Below, piece after piece: positions 1 through 13,031 of a stretch of DNA of 64,000 bases. A program made the position numbers and the translations under genes. The DNA is from the human T2T-CHM13v2.0 reference genome, Homo sapiens, in the NCBI RefSeq assembly GCF_009914755.1, contig NC_060933.1; one strand, given 5' to 3'. Positions within the stretch are counted from its first letter, which is position 1. The number at the start of each line of letters is the position of its first letter. The notes beneath the pieces were generated by a model, which was given only the letters and a program-made list of their open reading frames with translations, was not told the origin of the DNA and did no database searches.

Positions 1-1619
1 CACACTGTTTTCAACAATCGTCATTGTTTAAGTTTGGAGGATTCACTTTGACTTTTTATTTTGCATGTGAACATCTTCAATTTCTACCTCCCTACCTTTG
101 AATGTATCGTTTTGGAATATGTTGTTTTTTCAGTTCTGAAGTTGGCAAAAGTGCTAGATTGGGGATTTTATCTTGTGGTAAACCTAGAATTTATGTTTTA
201 TTCTTGCTTGATAGAGTTTAAGCTTCTTGCTGCTAGTGTCCAATAGGCTCCCGGCCCTGTTTCCATAAAGATGTCAAGGGGTAGAATATCTCCCAGTCAG
301 TTTTTCCTTGTTTATTTCTGTGCCTTTACACTGTCCTATTGCTTTTTTGGTTGATATGTAGCTACCATAATTGCAGAAGCCAAATAATGCCCTTCTGTTA
401 GTGTTGGCCATCTATGTAGGGCTTATTCATACATATGTTTAATATGTATGAATAAAATGTATACCAAATCTGTCTAAATCTATGTCGGTATCAATATCCC
501 TATATGAAAATGCATAATATTATCCCTTTTCTTCTAAGGCTGCCTCTGGTTTGTTTTAATTTTAGTTTTCACTGAAGTAGGGCTGAAAGAATTTTCCAGA
601 ACAGCTCCATTGCCAAAGGAATAGGCAACCATGCCTTTGAATGCTCTCCTTGTGTTGTAACCAAGTCTTGTGTTTAGCTCTCGCATTGCTTCCTGGCTCC
701 GTGTCTTCACTGAAGACGTAGGAGTGCATGTGAGGGGAAAATGGAAGCATTGAGGAGCACCAGAGCTGCCAAGTCTTCAAAGGGTGCTCCACATTGGGAG
801 CCCTGCCTGTGGCATTGATGGTGTACAGGGTTGCAAAAAATATAAGGGAGCCAGCAGGGAGGAGGGAGCTTGGCATTCATCACCCTGCTGGAGGATAGTT
901 TCGGCTATCAGTTTTGTGTTATTTACATTTCCTGATGGAAGTCCACATATGATATCTAATTCCTAAGTACTAATGCAGCCTTTGTCACTCAAGAGTGAAA
1001 TATCTAAATGACCCTAAGAAATCTCTGTAGAAGAGACTAGAAGAGGAAGCTTTCTTCTCATTCAGTGCTAATAGACTGCACAGATTTCCTCTGCAGCCTC
1101 TGATTCTTGTATGTAAACTCCCCTATCCACATTCATTTGTCCTACTTAAGTGTTGGAGGTTTCCAACTAGTAAAGGCTGGAAAGCTACCCTGCCTTGGGA
1201 TGCAGATCTGGGTTTTCCTAAGTCCAGACTGAAGGCCCACAGTTCAACTTTCTGCTCTTATAAATGATCTCTGAGTGTCTTTCAATAGCAACCAAAAATC
1301 TGCCTATTTAAAAATAGTCATAAACATAGCGGGGCCAAAGCTAAAGAGGTTGAAGGTTAAAGCCTTTTATATGAGCTGAAAACAATTCTGGGAAATTTAA
1401 GAGGTTGAGTTTAACAGATATTTGGATCAACTTTTAAGAGGAAAAAATGTGACCAAAAGCCAGAAACACAGTTGTAGAAACATCTGTAAGGACAAACTGT
1501 TTTCCATATGCACCCTCTTCCTTCTTCTTTTTTTTAAAGAAAAATGCCGTCAAAAAATTAGAATGGTAACAATTGAATGCACTCTTGTTTTTCAAAATTT
1601 CAAGGAGTTTAGAAATACC

Positions 1620-2720
1620 TAAACATAAAAATGGATGTTCCCATCACCTTCTTCTGCATGACCATTTCCACTCCTAGAAATAACTTTCTTTAACTGTATA
1701 GGGTGCATATAGTATGTAAACAATCAAATATATGGCTTCATTTTTGATTCCATAAGGAAATTATAATACCAGTCTTGTTCTGCATTTTTTGGGGGTAACA
1801 ATTTGCCTTGCGGATTTTTCTTTATCAGTACCTAGCTATCTACTACATTCCATTTAATAGTATTTCCCAGTTGTCTGATATCAGGCTACTTGGATCTGAA
1901 ACCTGGCTCTGCCTCTTACGAGCTATGTGACTTTGAGCAAATATCTCATCCTCTCTTGCCTCGGTATTTCCGTCTGTAATGGGACAATACTAATACCTAA
2001 CCCATAGGGTTGTTATGAAGACAAACTGAGCTTATATATATAAACCACTTGGGAATGTTTCTGACACTTAGTAATTGCTCTATAAATATGTAATGTTGTT
2101 AATATTATTGACAAATTATGATTTATTTGACTTTTCTTCTTTTAATGGACATTTATGTTTTTACCAAGTTTTCAGAAAATTATTTCAAGTAATTTTCAAA
2201 TAATATCTTCTGTATAAAGATAGATACTTGGAAATGTATTGCTAGGAGGAAAGATATATATGCTTAAATGTGAATAGATTACCTTGCATAAATGCCTTTC
2301 CAATTTAGTCTCCCACTAACAGTATGTAAGGATACCCTTTCATTTCTTACTCTGATCTATACTGAATATTATCAATCTTTTGGCTATTTGAGTTTAAATG
2401 ATACATTGATTAATAATGAATGTAAATATCTTTATCATGTGAAAAATAAGAGTAATGTTTATTTTTATTGTTGAGTTATAGATATACTTTGCCAATTATA
2501 TATATATATTTATTTATTCATGATATTTGTGGCTCATATTTTCTTCTAGTCTTTTGGTAACCAAAGAGATTTACCTTTTTATAAAAGCAAATCTGTCCAT
2601 CTTTTCCATTTAAGTTGTGTCTTGCTTAGGAAGATCTTTCCTGCTCTAAGGTGGTAAACATATTTCTAAATATTTATTTCACTAGTTTTTTACTCTATGT
2701 ATTTTTTAAACTTAGCCCTT
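1620..2720 (-). mobile_element. Old L1 (L1M-type) 3' fragment, interrupted by a MIR
   Basis: T-rich diverged antisense L1 3' motifs (e.g. ctcccactaacagtatgtaagg, gatagatacttggaaatgtattgctagg). Confidence 0.55.
1880..2095 (+). mobile_element. MIR SINE
   Basis: cctggctctgcctcttacgagctatgtgactttgagcaa...catagggttgttatgaaga matches the MIR core. Confidence 0.85.
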
Positions 2721-2739
2721 TAGTCTTTTTGTAATTATT

Positions 2740-3039
<300 letters not shown>

Positions 3040-4481
3040 TTTTTGTAATTATTTTATTAAACTTTGGTATGAAGTAGTCCTCTCTTTTTCAGAGACGTAT
3101 AGAATAAAGATATTTGAATAAATTCTAGTGTGACATTTTCATAGAGATGAATAATAATATTTTAAATTTCTTGTATCAGAAAGCCACTAATAAAGCAAAA
3201 GAGAAATTTTGAAAATCTCAGTAATTAACTCTTTCTTTGTGAAACAAGTAATGAACTTTGCCAGTTCTTTCTTATAGCATGGGAATATAAACCACACAAA
3301 ATAGTATCAGAGAAATAAGTTTTCACAGAAACCCTTTGTTAAACTACTCTCCTCCCAGCTTCAAGTGGAGTTCAAAGTCTATCTCAGCACTCTCTTAAGA
3401 GGCAACAAAATTTGTCAATATCAACCAAGTCCTCAGAAATTTCAGAAAAGACATTCAGTTGAAAGAGTCATTGAGTAAGGTAACAAAATGAAAATGAATC
3501 TAGAGAAAAGAATTAGTCCAAGTGTTCCTTTTCTGTTGTTTGGCGATGCTATAGAAAGCTTTTCCCGTGTGTTTGTGAGGTGAGGATCTACTTTTTAAAG
3601 TCTCTTACTTCTTTCCCTGCCAACATTTGGCTTCTGTCTATCTGAGAGCAGAAGATGCTTATTCTTTACAACATATTGAAAATGTGTGTCAGACTTCTAA
3701 GAATTGGCTAGAGTAGCCCAGACAGGAAGCAAAAGAATCGGCATCTCTGCCTTTAGCCTTGTAGGTGGATGCACTCTACCTTTTAATTGCTGGTTTTACC
3801 TGGGAATTCCCACAACCGCAGCATGATTCATGTGAGAGCTCTTGTTTTCCTGTAATGTAGAAAGTGCATGCAATATTGTTTGGGACTTTCCATGCTAGTA
3901 TTTTCACTAAAGGTGAAAGAGCCTATAAAAAATTAGATTTTGTACTTAAAGGTCAGGAAATATTGTTACCACTTCTTTGGTCTTCCATTAACCTTGGGGG
4001 GAATTTGCTTTGACCTCCTCACATAGCTTATGGCCTATTTCAGACAGGACTTTCAAAATCTGAAAATCTTCTGGTTTTCTTCTTCTTTTCCCCCTTCACT
4101 TCTCTTTTACCTTTCGTTGTTTTCCCTGTCATTTTGTCCTGCATGTCTTTGCTTTCTAATTTTATATTTTTTCCTCTCTTGTTTTTCTTCCATCTCATTC
4201 CTAACATCTGATTTTGGTGGAAAAGCTTTTCAGAATTTATGAAGAAGACAGATAATAACTTGGCTTAAATTCTAACATATGCTTTGATTTTATCTTACTT
4301 TATTTTGAGCAAGAATACTAAATGACTATGGGAATACATTTAGCTCTAAATCAGCAGAATTGTCACGTGGCACTTCAGAAGACAGCCTGTTTGAATAATG
4401 CACATCCTTCATGTTTGTAAGTTGTTAACTCCTGAGTCTTCAACCCAAGGAACATATAGGAAAGTAATATTGAAGACATAT

Positions 4482-4640
4482 GAATCAAACATGCTTGAGT
4501 TTAAATCCCAGATCTCCCGCCTGCTGGTCATCATTTTGGGCAAATTGTTAAACTCTAAATCTTAATTCCTCTTTGGTAAATTGAGGGAATAATACTCATC
4601 TCTTCAGGTGATTATAAGAATTAAATCAGTGCTTAGTTTA
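4482..4640 (+). mobile_element. MIR fragment
   Basis: gagtttaaatcccag...ttgggcaaattgttaaactct...attataagaattaaat. Confidence 0.7.
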
Positions 4641-6209
4641 GTATCTGTCTCTTTAAACTAATTCTCTAAGAGGTAGTTACTTTTCAGATTTATGTTTTAG
4701 TAATACATTATTAAAGAAAATATTATAGGGTGATTCTTGTTGAATTCATATTGAATCTGGAATGCAGAAAAATGTCGCAAATGTAAACAGTGAATATTAG
4801 TGTTTCCAGGTTTATTAGTTGAGTCTATAGAAAAAAATTGTAATTACAATGTGTATCTACTTTATGGGTATGTATCATGAATACAAATGTGCTGATATGT
4901 GTGCTTCTTTTAAGCCCTTCAGCCCTTTAATACACTATGTGTGAATTATTGCAAATTCTTAATTTTATTGTCCTCTGAAGAATTCATCACTTTAAATTAT
5001 TTTGGGGTTTATAAAAACTTGTTTCATTGATTGATTGATTTGGTATGTAGGTTTTAGCAGTTTTTCAGGGGAGAAATATTTTCCAAAGTAAAGAGGTGGA
5101 AAGGGCAGGAATGGGAGGGGGATGGGACCCCCCAACACCCACTAGCTTAGATCTAAAAACACGACCTCATGGAAACTTCTAATGTGTTTCCCTTTTGTAC
5201 AGAAAGGATTATAACTGCTAAAGTGATTTATTTTAAAAAATAGGCCTTAATTCTGATGTATGTACAGCCTGCTAGAAAGGAAAAGAGGGATTGTCAAGAA
5301 ATTAAATTCTTCCTTATGCAATAGATTGTCATTTATATTATTATAACCACAGACCCTGCATTTTCTGTGAGAAAGCCAAGGCTTGGACAGGCTAACAGTG
5401 GTGGAAGACCTTTGTTTTTATCAAAGCGTCAGCAAAAGCAGAAACACATTGGCCTTTTCTGTGATCATCTGGGAACTTTAGTGGCCTGAGGACAAAGAGA
5501 ATGAGAGAGAGAATGAGCCAGTGAGCTAGTGACCTGATCTCTATTTCAATTCTTTAAGTCTTTTGTAGACATTAATATCCTGGATTGAAGCAGAAGAGTC
5601 ATCTCTGTCTTCAGCGACAGTGTAAGGAAGGAAGGGGGAGGTGACTTAAGGGGTGAGGGTGCTGTGGGGAGGGAGAATGTTGAGAATGAAGTGGTGTTTC
5701 TATTTATGGTTGTGGTTGTCAACTTTAGAAGTCCTGGCAAGACTTGAGTATAGTCAACCACCCAACTGAGCCTTTCCTGCACTTGCTTCCTGGATTGCCT
5801 GTAAATGAAAATTGCATAAAGACCAGAAATATTATAATAGTACAGGACAGAGAATCATCTGAGCCTCCCCTCCAGCTTTAATATCTACCACCTTGTTACA
5901 AAACCATTATATACAATCACACACTCACTACAAAAGTCTGCCCTGCACTTCTGGTGAGATCCTTTATTATTATGGTGTGTAATGATGTAATCTTTTTCTC
6001 TATTGTGTAGCCACAGTCTCTTTACTGTTGACATATGAAATACTGCATCTGGAGCCAACACTAAATATCCCTGACTATACCTTCAAATGTGCGGTCATCT
6101 CCAGAAAATATTGCCTCTAAGTTATCAATAGAAGGTATTTTCTATTTAGTTGGCATTCCCAGTGAATCTGTTTACTGTTAATTTGCAGGTAGCATGCATC
6201 TTGTCAGGG

Positions 6210-6579
6210 TGATATGGTTTGGCTATGTCCCCACCCAAATATCATCTTGAATTGCATCTCCCATAATTCTCATGTGTCTTGAAAGGGACCTGATGGGAGG
6301 CAATTGAATCATGGGGGTGGGTCTGTCCCATGCTGTTCTCGTGATAGTGAATAAGTCTCACACGATCTGAGGTTTTTTTTTTATAAAGAGCAGTTCCCCT
6401 ACACAAGCTCTCTCTTGCACACTGTCATGTAAGAAGTCTCTTTGCTCTTCCTTCATCTTCCACCACAATTGTGAGACCTCAGCCCTGTGCAACTGTGGGT
6501 CCGTTAAACCTGTTTCCTTTATAAACTACCCAGTCTTGGGTATGTCTTTATTAGCAGCATGAGAACAGACTAATAAACA
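6210..6579 (+). mobile_element. THE1B-like solo LTR (ERVL-MaLR)
   Basis: tgatatggtttggctatgtccccacccaaat...gtatgtctttattagcagcatgagaacagactaata, ~370 bp and collinear with the THE1 consensus. Confidence 0.93.
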
Positions 6580-7814
6580 AGGGTACCTTTGACATTCCAG
6601 CTTGAGAGCAAAGAGAGGCAGCCCTGCCTTAGCCATCTCTTCCTGGAATGGTGTGGATGTCAGGGAGCAGCTCAACATGTGGGCTGTTTCTTGATCTTTT
6701 AAGTCAGACTTCATAGCATGGCTTTGTCATTTTGTTTGAAGTAAATCCTTGAAACATTAGATGTTTCTATATTGAAATGACATGCATTCCATAGCCCAAA
6801 AGACATAATTTCTGTGTTATTTACTTGTAGCCTTTCCTCTATGAGTGAGGACAAGTGCAAGGTGATTTTAGAGGTAGATTTATGTGCATATTATGTAATC
6901 GTTTATCCCTCACATTATATCTTCGTTTTCCTGTGATGTCATGGCAGAGGGTGGATTAATCAGTAAAATGTCTAGGATTGGATTGAGAATGAGCAGACAC
7001 CTATCTCAGGCACAACCTGTGAGCCATGTGACTTTATTTTTCTATTGTTCAATGAAGTATACCCTTTTAGCCCTTTCTGTACTGAGTAGCAGAAAATTAA
7101 TCTCCTACCACTCTGGGTAATCTCAGACAATGGTGGGTAATCACAAAAAATTCCACACTTTCTCTGTCACTTCAGGTCTCTCACTTTCCTCTCCCTTACT
7201 CAGGTTGCATTTGCCTTTCTGGGAAATAGTGGAGAGTGTGCTGCAAGTTCAATAAAGTGCCACAGTGTGGCCTTGGTGGTAATTTCTGTATGCTGGTGGC
7301 TGTCCATCTTCCCAGTTGTCCTTGGCCACCACTCTATTCAAGTCATAGGTGTACCATCTTGTGTTCCTAACCAAGTTCTGCCACCTTCATATGTGTCTCC
7401 GCAAGGGTGTCTTTGCAGCTTTGGGGACATGGAAAATACTGAGACTGGCCCCCACTGTCTCTGCGTAGACATACTATGCAGAGACATACTATTCCCCTAC
7501 TTTATTACTCTTGTGCCATTACAGGCTTGGGATTGCTCTGACTTCTGGACAACTTCTCTCGTCTTCCAAGAAAGGGGTCCTCAGGATTCTTCTTTTTGAA
7601 ACTCTAAGTCTGAGTCAGGGCTCTGTGTTTCCTTAACCCTCATACTTGACCTGGGGACAGGTTATAGACTCTTCCTGCCTGTATCTAACCATTTTTCCCC
7701 TCACTGACTCTCTTCCTATTTCCTATGGGGACAGGAAGAACATGAAAAATGATTTTTTCTGATTTCATCTTCTTCCACATACTTTTCATCATATATGTGG
7801 ATCTTGGTTTTTTT

Positions 7815-8760
7815 TTTCCCTCCAGCTTTTTACTGTAAAATTTTCAATATGAATAAAAGCTGAAAGAATACTAACAATGAATATTCATACACTCAACACC
7901 TAGATTCAACTTCTGCTTAACATCTTGTTATTGAAAAATACATTGACAGTATCATGTTCCTTCACTCCCAAATTTCCAGCATGTTTTTCCTAAAACTGAG
8001 GACACAGTGTCCTAAAACCACAGCCACAATACCATTACCATTGTGCTCAAGGAAATTAAGATAACCCTGTAATAACAGATATTACCTAGACTATCTTCAA
8101 ATTTCCCCAGTGATTTAAAAATGCCTTTTATAGTTACTTATATATCAAACCAAGATCAATTCAAAGTTCATGCGTTGCATTTTTTTTTTTTTATTGAGTT
8201 TCTTTGGTCCCTTGCAGTCTAGAACATGGCTTCTCTTTTTCCCTGCCTTACACTGGCTATTTGAAGAGACTAGGCAGTTGTCCTGTAGAATGTCCCTCAT
8301 TCTGTCTCTGTGTGATTGTTTTCTTTGGTATTCTTCAACTTGCCGTTTATCCTCTGTATTTCCTATAAACTGGAACTTATTTCTAAAGGTTTGGTCAGAT
8401 TCAGGTGAGAGGTTTTGGGAAGAAAACATCACAGAAGATGATGTGCACTTCATCTGTGTCACATCTGGAATCACATTGTGTCAGGTTGTTACACTATCAG
8501 TGGAAGTTGGATCACCTTTTGAAGATAGTGACCACCAGATACCAGATCTTTTCTTTATAAATACAAGTTTTTCCCTTTGGAATTCATAGCTGGTTTGTAG
8601 GGTGATAATTTGACATCTAGCAAATATCCTCTCCTCCTAAAACTTGAACCTACTGGGCTTAGCATACTTTCCTAAAAGCTACTTAATTTCTAAGGGTTGC
8701 AGAGGTGTTTTTCTAATCCAATCATTTCTTCTGTTTTTATTTCATTAATTTTTTTTTAAA
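7815..8760 (-). mobile_element. L1MC-type 3' end fragment
   Basis: Motifs cacctagattcaac, cacaataccattacca and ggcagttgtcctgtagaatgtccc are typical of antisense L1MC4/5 3' ends. Confidence 0.7.
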
Positions 8761-8953
8761 GGAGAGCTTTCTGGCCTTGGCCAAGAATTTCAGCTCTTTC
8801 ATTATAGTTCTGTCTTGATGACTCTTCCTTGAGGCAATGATTGGGTGCTTGGGATCCAGCTGCCTACACTAGGGAGGGTCATAGGATTATAGAAAAAAAG
8901 TTACAGTTAATAGGATCACTATATCAAAAATATTATTTTATTATAAGAGTATA

Positions 8954-9718
8954 GTTGGTGGGAATGCAAATTAGTACAGCCACTATGGAGAACAGTTTGG
9001 AAGTTCTTCAAAAACTAAAAATTGAGCTACCATGTGATCCAGCAATCCTACTGCTGGGTATTTACCCAAAAGAAAGGAAATCAGTATACGGAAGAGATAT
9101 CCACACTCCTATGTTTGTTGCAGCACTGTTCACAATAGCTAAGATTTGAAAGCAACTTGTGTCCATCAACAGATGAATGGATAAAGAAACTGTGGTGCTT
9201 GTACACAATAGAGTACTATTCAGCCATAAAAAGGAATGAGATTCAGTCATTTGCACCAACATGGATGGAACTGGGGTCATTATGTTAAGTTAAATAAGCC
9301 AGGCACAGAAAGACAAACATAGCATATTCTCACTTATTTGTAGAATATAAAAGCCAAAACAATTGAACTCATGGACACAGACAGTAGAAGGTGACCAGAG
9401 GCTGGGAAGGGTAGTGAGGGATGCGGAGGTTGTGAGGATGGTTAATGAGTACAAAAACACCAGAAAGAATGAATAAGACCTACTGTCTGATCGCACAACA
9501 GAGTGACTATAGTCAATAATAATTGTAGCTTTTAAAATAATTTAAAGAGTTTAATTGGATTGTTTGCAACTCAACGGATAAATGCTTGAGGGGATAAATA
9601 CCCCATTCTTCATGATGTGCTTATTTCACATTGCATGCCTGTATCAAAACATCTCATGTACCCCATAAATATGTACACCCACTATATGCCCACAAAAATT
9701 GAAAAACAATAAATAAAA
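8954..9718 (+). mobile_element. 5'-truncated L1MA (about L1MA2-4): ORF2 C-terminal remnant, 3'UTR and A-tail
   Basis: ORF 8955-9149 (…[21 protein letters not shown]…) is the L1 ORF2 end. TSD aagagtata at 8945-8953 and 9719-9727. Confidence 0.95.
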
Positions 9719-9824
9719 AAGAGTATAATGAGCCTAAATGCTTTCAGGATTCCCTTTTGCATTTTGTGGCTGGTGGTAGCATCAAAGACAGTGAGAGCTA
9801 GCAGCAGGTGAGAAATCACTTGCA

Positions 9825-9950
9825 GCCTTTATTTTATAGATGAGGATGGTGGGCCCAGAGAACTTGAGCGACTTGCCTGAGGGTTACCTGGTTTGTGGCC
9901 AATCCAGGGGCAGAAGCCAGGTCTCATGACTCCAGCTTCAGTGTTTTCTG
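9825..9950 (-). mobile_element. MIR fragment
   Basis: attttatagatgaggatggtgggcccagagaa...gacttgcc...ccaggtctcatgactcc. Confidence 0.75.
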
Positions 9951-10349
9951 CTGTGAAACTAAGACTTGTAAGAAGACTCCACAAGACAACTTATTTCCAT
10001 GCCATGTTCACTGCTTGAGCGTGTCATACGTGACTAGTATTGTCTTGCCCCTGGGTAATGCTATGTTTCTCAAAGCTGGGGACACTTAAGATCTGTGGTA
10101 ACAAGAGAGTTTTAGGAGGTGCTCAGGGACTAACATTTTAAATTTTGGTAATTCTGTTATCTATTTATTTTAGTGTTCATTAGAAAAAATATACCTATTA
10201 CATCATACTGTTGGTTTCATCATATTATTGTTTAGGATGAGACTAAATTAATATAATAGAAAAAATTAAAAAATATGGTTTAAACAATTTCATTTCAACT
10301 TAAATTTTAAAAAGACTATTGGGTAGGACTATCCAGTGCACTGCAAATT

Positions 10350-10720
10350 TAAAACTGAACAGAACAAGCTTTCCACCTCATGGAGTTTATTAAAGTTTAT
10401 GGGAGGGGAGAGAGAAAAACAGAGAAAGAAATATAGAGAAATCTACAGGTGATGGCAAATGCTATGACTGAAAGTGAAGCAGGGCAAGAGGGCTTTGCTG
10501 TGTTTAAATAGTTAAGAAAAGCTGCTCTGCTACGATGACACTGGGGCCAAGAGTGAGAGAAAGTGAGGGAGGGAGCTCGCTGATGTCCTGGGGAAGAGTG
10601 ATCTAGACAGAGGAAGAGTGGGTGCAAGACTAAGGTGGCCAGAGCAGAGTGGGGGCCTGGGGAGGAGAGCAGAGAGGGATGGAAATGCAGCTCACTGAGG
10701 GACTTGCAGCATTTAGGAGT
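10350..10720 (-). mobile_element. L2 fragment
   Basis: Purine-rich antisense L2 3' region (cctcatggagttta, ggggaagagtgatctagacagagg). Confidence 0.7.
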
Positions 10721-10995
10721 TTTGTTGTTGTTGTTGTTGTTTTGTTTTTTTATTCAGAGTGAGGAGTACTTGTCTTATCCAAGGTACTTGGATACGACAG
10801 AAATTGTGAAAGTGTATGGAGAGAGATTAAATGTGGGCAGCACTGATGTAATGATGTATTAAATTAATTTCTTATACTGAAGCATGACTGAAGGGAAAGA
10901 TATCTCATGGGGGGAGAGTTCCTCATACAAGAGTATGGAGGAAACTTCACTTCAGGGTCATGATCAGCTTCATTTTGAGAGGAGAATCCACCCCT

Positions 10996-11248
10996 CAACA
11001 CACATACACACACTCAACACACAAACACACACACATAAAACACACACATACACACAACATACACACATTCAATGCACACAAACCACACACATTCAACACA
11101 CTTTTAATACATACATTCAACACACAGATACATACATAACATGCACATTCACCACATACAACACACACACAACACATAATATGCACACATTCAACACACA
11201 CACTTTTAAAACACACGTTCGACACACACATACACACAAGACCCACAT
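10996..11248 (+). repeat. Degenerate (CA)n low-complexity tract
   Basis: About 250 nt of interrupted CA repeats with recurring cattcaacaca. It accounts for the H/T-rich and C/V-rich ORFs. Confidence 0.95.
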
Positions 11249-13031
11249 GTATTTAATATACAGAAAACACCTGCACTCATCCCAGAATGATGGCTTGAGG
11301 TTTCTAGGTGTCTGCGGTTCCCCTGGGTCATAGTGTACACTCCTGGCATGTTGTAATTGTTACCCATCACATGGCCATGGCCACTTGAGACTAGAAAGGG
11401 ATAGGACCCAGACTTTGACTTATGTCTTGACTTTTTCTTGAAATTCTTCTCATCTTCAGCCTGATTCCTTTTATACAGTCTAATCTACTCTAAGGCCTGG
11501 GATATTATATCATTAATTGCAAGGCTAATATAATTTGAGTAAAATTTTCTCTTCTTGAGATCTTAGTTGCTATTGGGAGAAAAATGACACTGAAAACTCA
11601 GCTGATGCATTTTCAGAGTGAACAAAGACATTGTGAGAATTTTATTTTTCCTCCTCACAATGGTTAAACATTAAGTAGAACCCATCCATGCTTTTTGCAT
11701 AGCATTCCTTTTGGCTGAAAAGATAAGGATGAAACTAAGATTTTAAGACTCAAGATTTTTGAGGCCATGTATTTGCAGAGAGAAAAGAGCACTTGATTTT
11801 TCTGTTTATTGTCCTCCTGACAAATTATTAATAGTACTTTGCCGTCTTTGTCTGAATTAATCTTTCTTGAATCACCATTGGTGATGGTGATAGTGGAGAT
11901 CTAATTATCCAAATCTCCTAAAATATGGTTTTCTGTCTCACACATTTAGCCTAGGAATGACTGAGTGTCACAGTGCTTCATCTCCCCTTCTTAATCTCTC
12001 TATATTTTGGAAAATAGTTGATTGGCTGTCACCTTTTGGGATCTCCTATCTTCTTCCCACATATTTCCCCATACTACGTCTCTCTCTCCTCTGGTCCTGC
12101 ATGTTGTGAAACAGTGTCTTCTACCTCTTTTCCCCCAAATATCTGGGAATTCGATTCCTCTTAATTCTTCATTACTGTCATATAGCTCTTTCTCTTTACA
12201 AATTGCTCAATAGTACATATTTATTCTAGTCTGATTTATTTCCCATCACCTAAAATGCTTATGGGTTAGCAAACTCAGAGACACTAACTCAGATATTACC
12301 AGAAAACCAGCATGTTTGAAAAGATGGATCTGCTGTGTACAGACTTGCATAATGGAAACCTAAGAATGGAAAATAAGGGCTATAGTCTTGGATAATCCCA
12401 TTCATTGGCATGGGCTCTCAAAAATCAATAATGTTAAGTTTGCTTTGACTTCTCAGTTCCCTCTCTAGCCAGAATCTTACACTACAGAACAGATTCTTAC
12501 CAATTTCAACAATTTTCAATTACAAAACAATGCAAGGAAAAACAGAAAAGAAGTCTAATCAGATTCAGAATTTTCAGAATTCAAATATGCCAAGTGTAGG
12601 AAATGCCAAGTCTAAGTAGCTTAGTTCAATCACTTTAGCACTGATTGTAGCAAATGTTTCACCTTAAAATGATAGTTCATTGTAGCTATTTTGTAACTGT
12701 AGTAATTGTTGAGAATTTTGTTTGTGGAAGACACTCAGTCATTCCTAGGCTAAATCCTCTCCCCTTGCCAAGCCCCTCCCTCCGCAGGGGTTTTTCTTTC
12801 ATCTCTTGAGCTACTGCAGTGTCCTCTGAACCCCTGAGATGGAAAACATCCCCTGACCCTTGGTGGCAGGTACTGTAGTTACTTATTATTCACTTATTTA
12901 AAAATGGACATCATATCTAGGTGCAAAAACTTAAGGTGCCCATTAATCATCAATATGATCTCTCTGTTGGGACCCCCAGAAATTCATCATGACTTTTGTT
13001 TTGACGTATCTGGTTATTCAGTGTTTGTAGG

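Noticed and set aside
8955-9149. ORF resembling a reverse-transcriptase protein C-terminus
   Set aside because: It is a dead fragment of L1 ORF2 in a 5'-truncated L1MA, broken by a stop codon.
9748-9807. 60-nt pseudo-exon (ctttcag ... CAG|GTGAGA)
   Set aside because: The pyrimidine tract is very short and there is an in-frame TAG at 9777. Nothing sets it above background.
10884-11333. Longest ORF (149 aa, His/Thr-rich) and the antisense Cys/Val-rich ORF
   Set aside because: Both are translations of the CA low-complexity tract.
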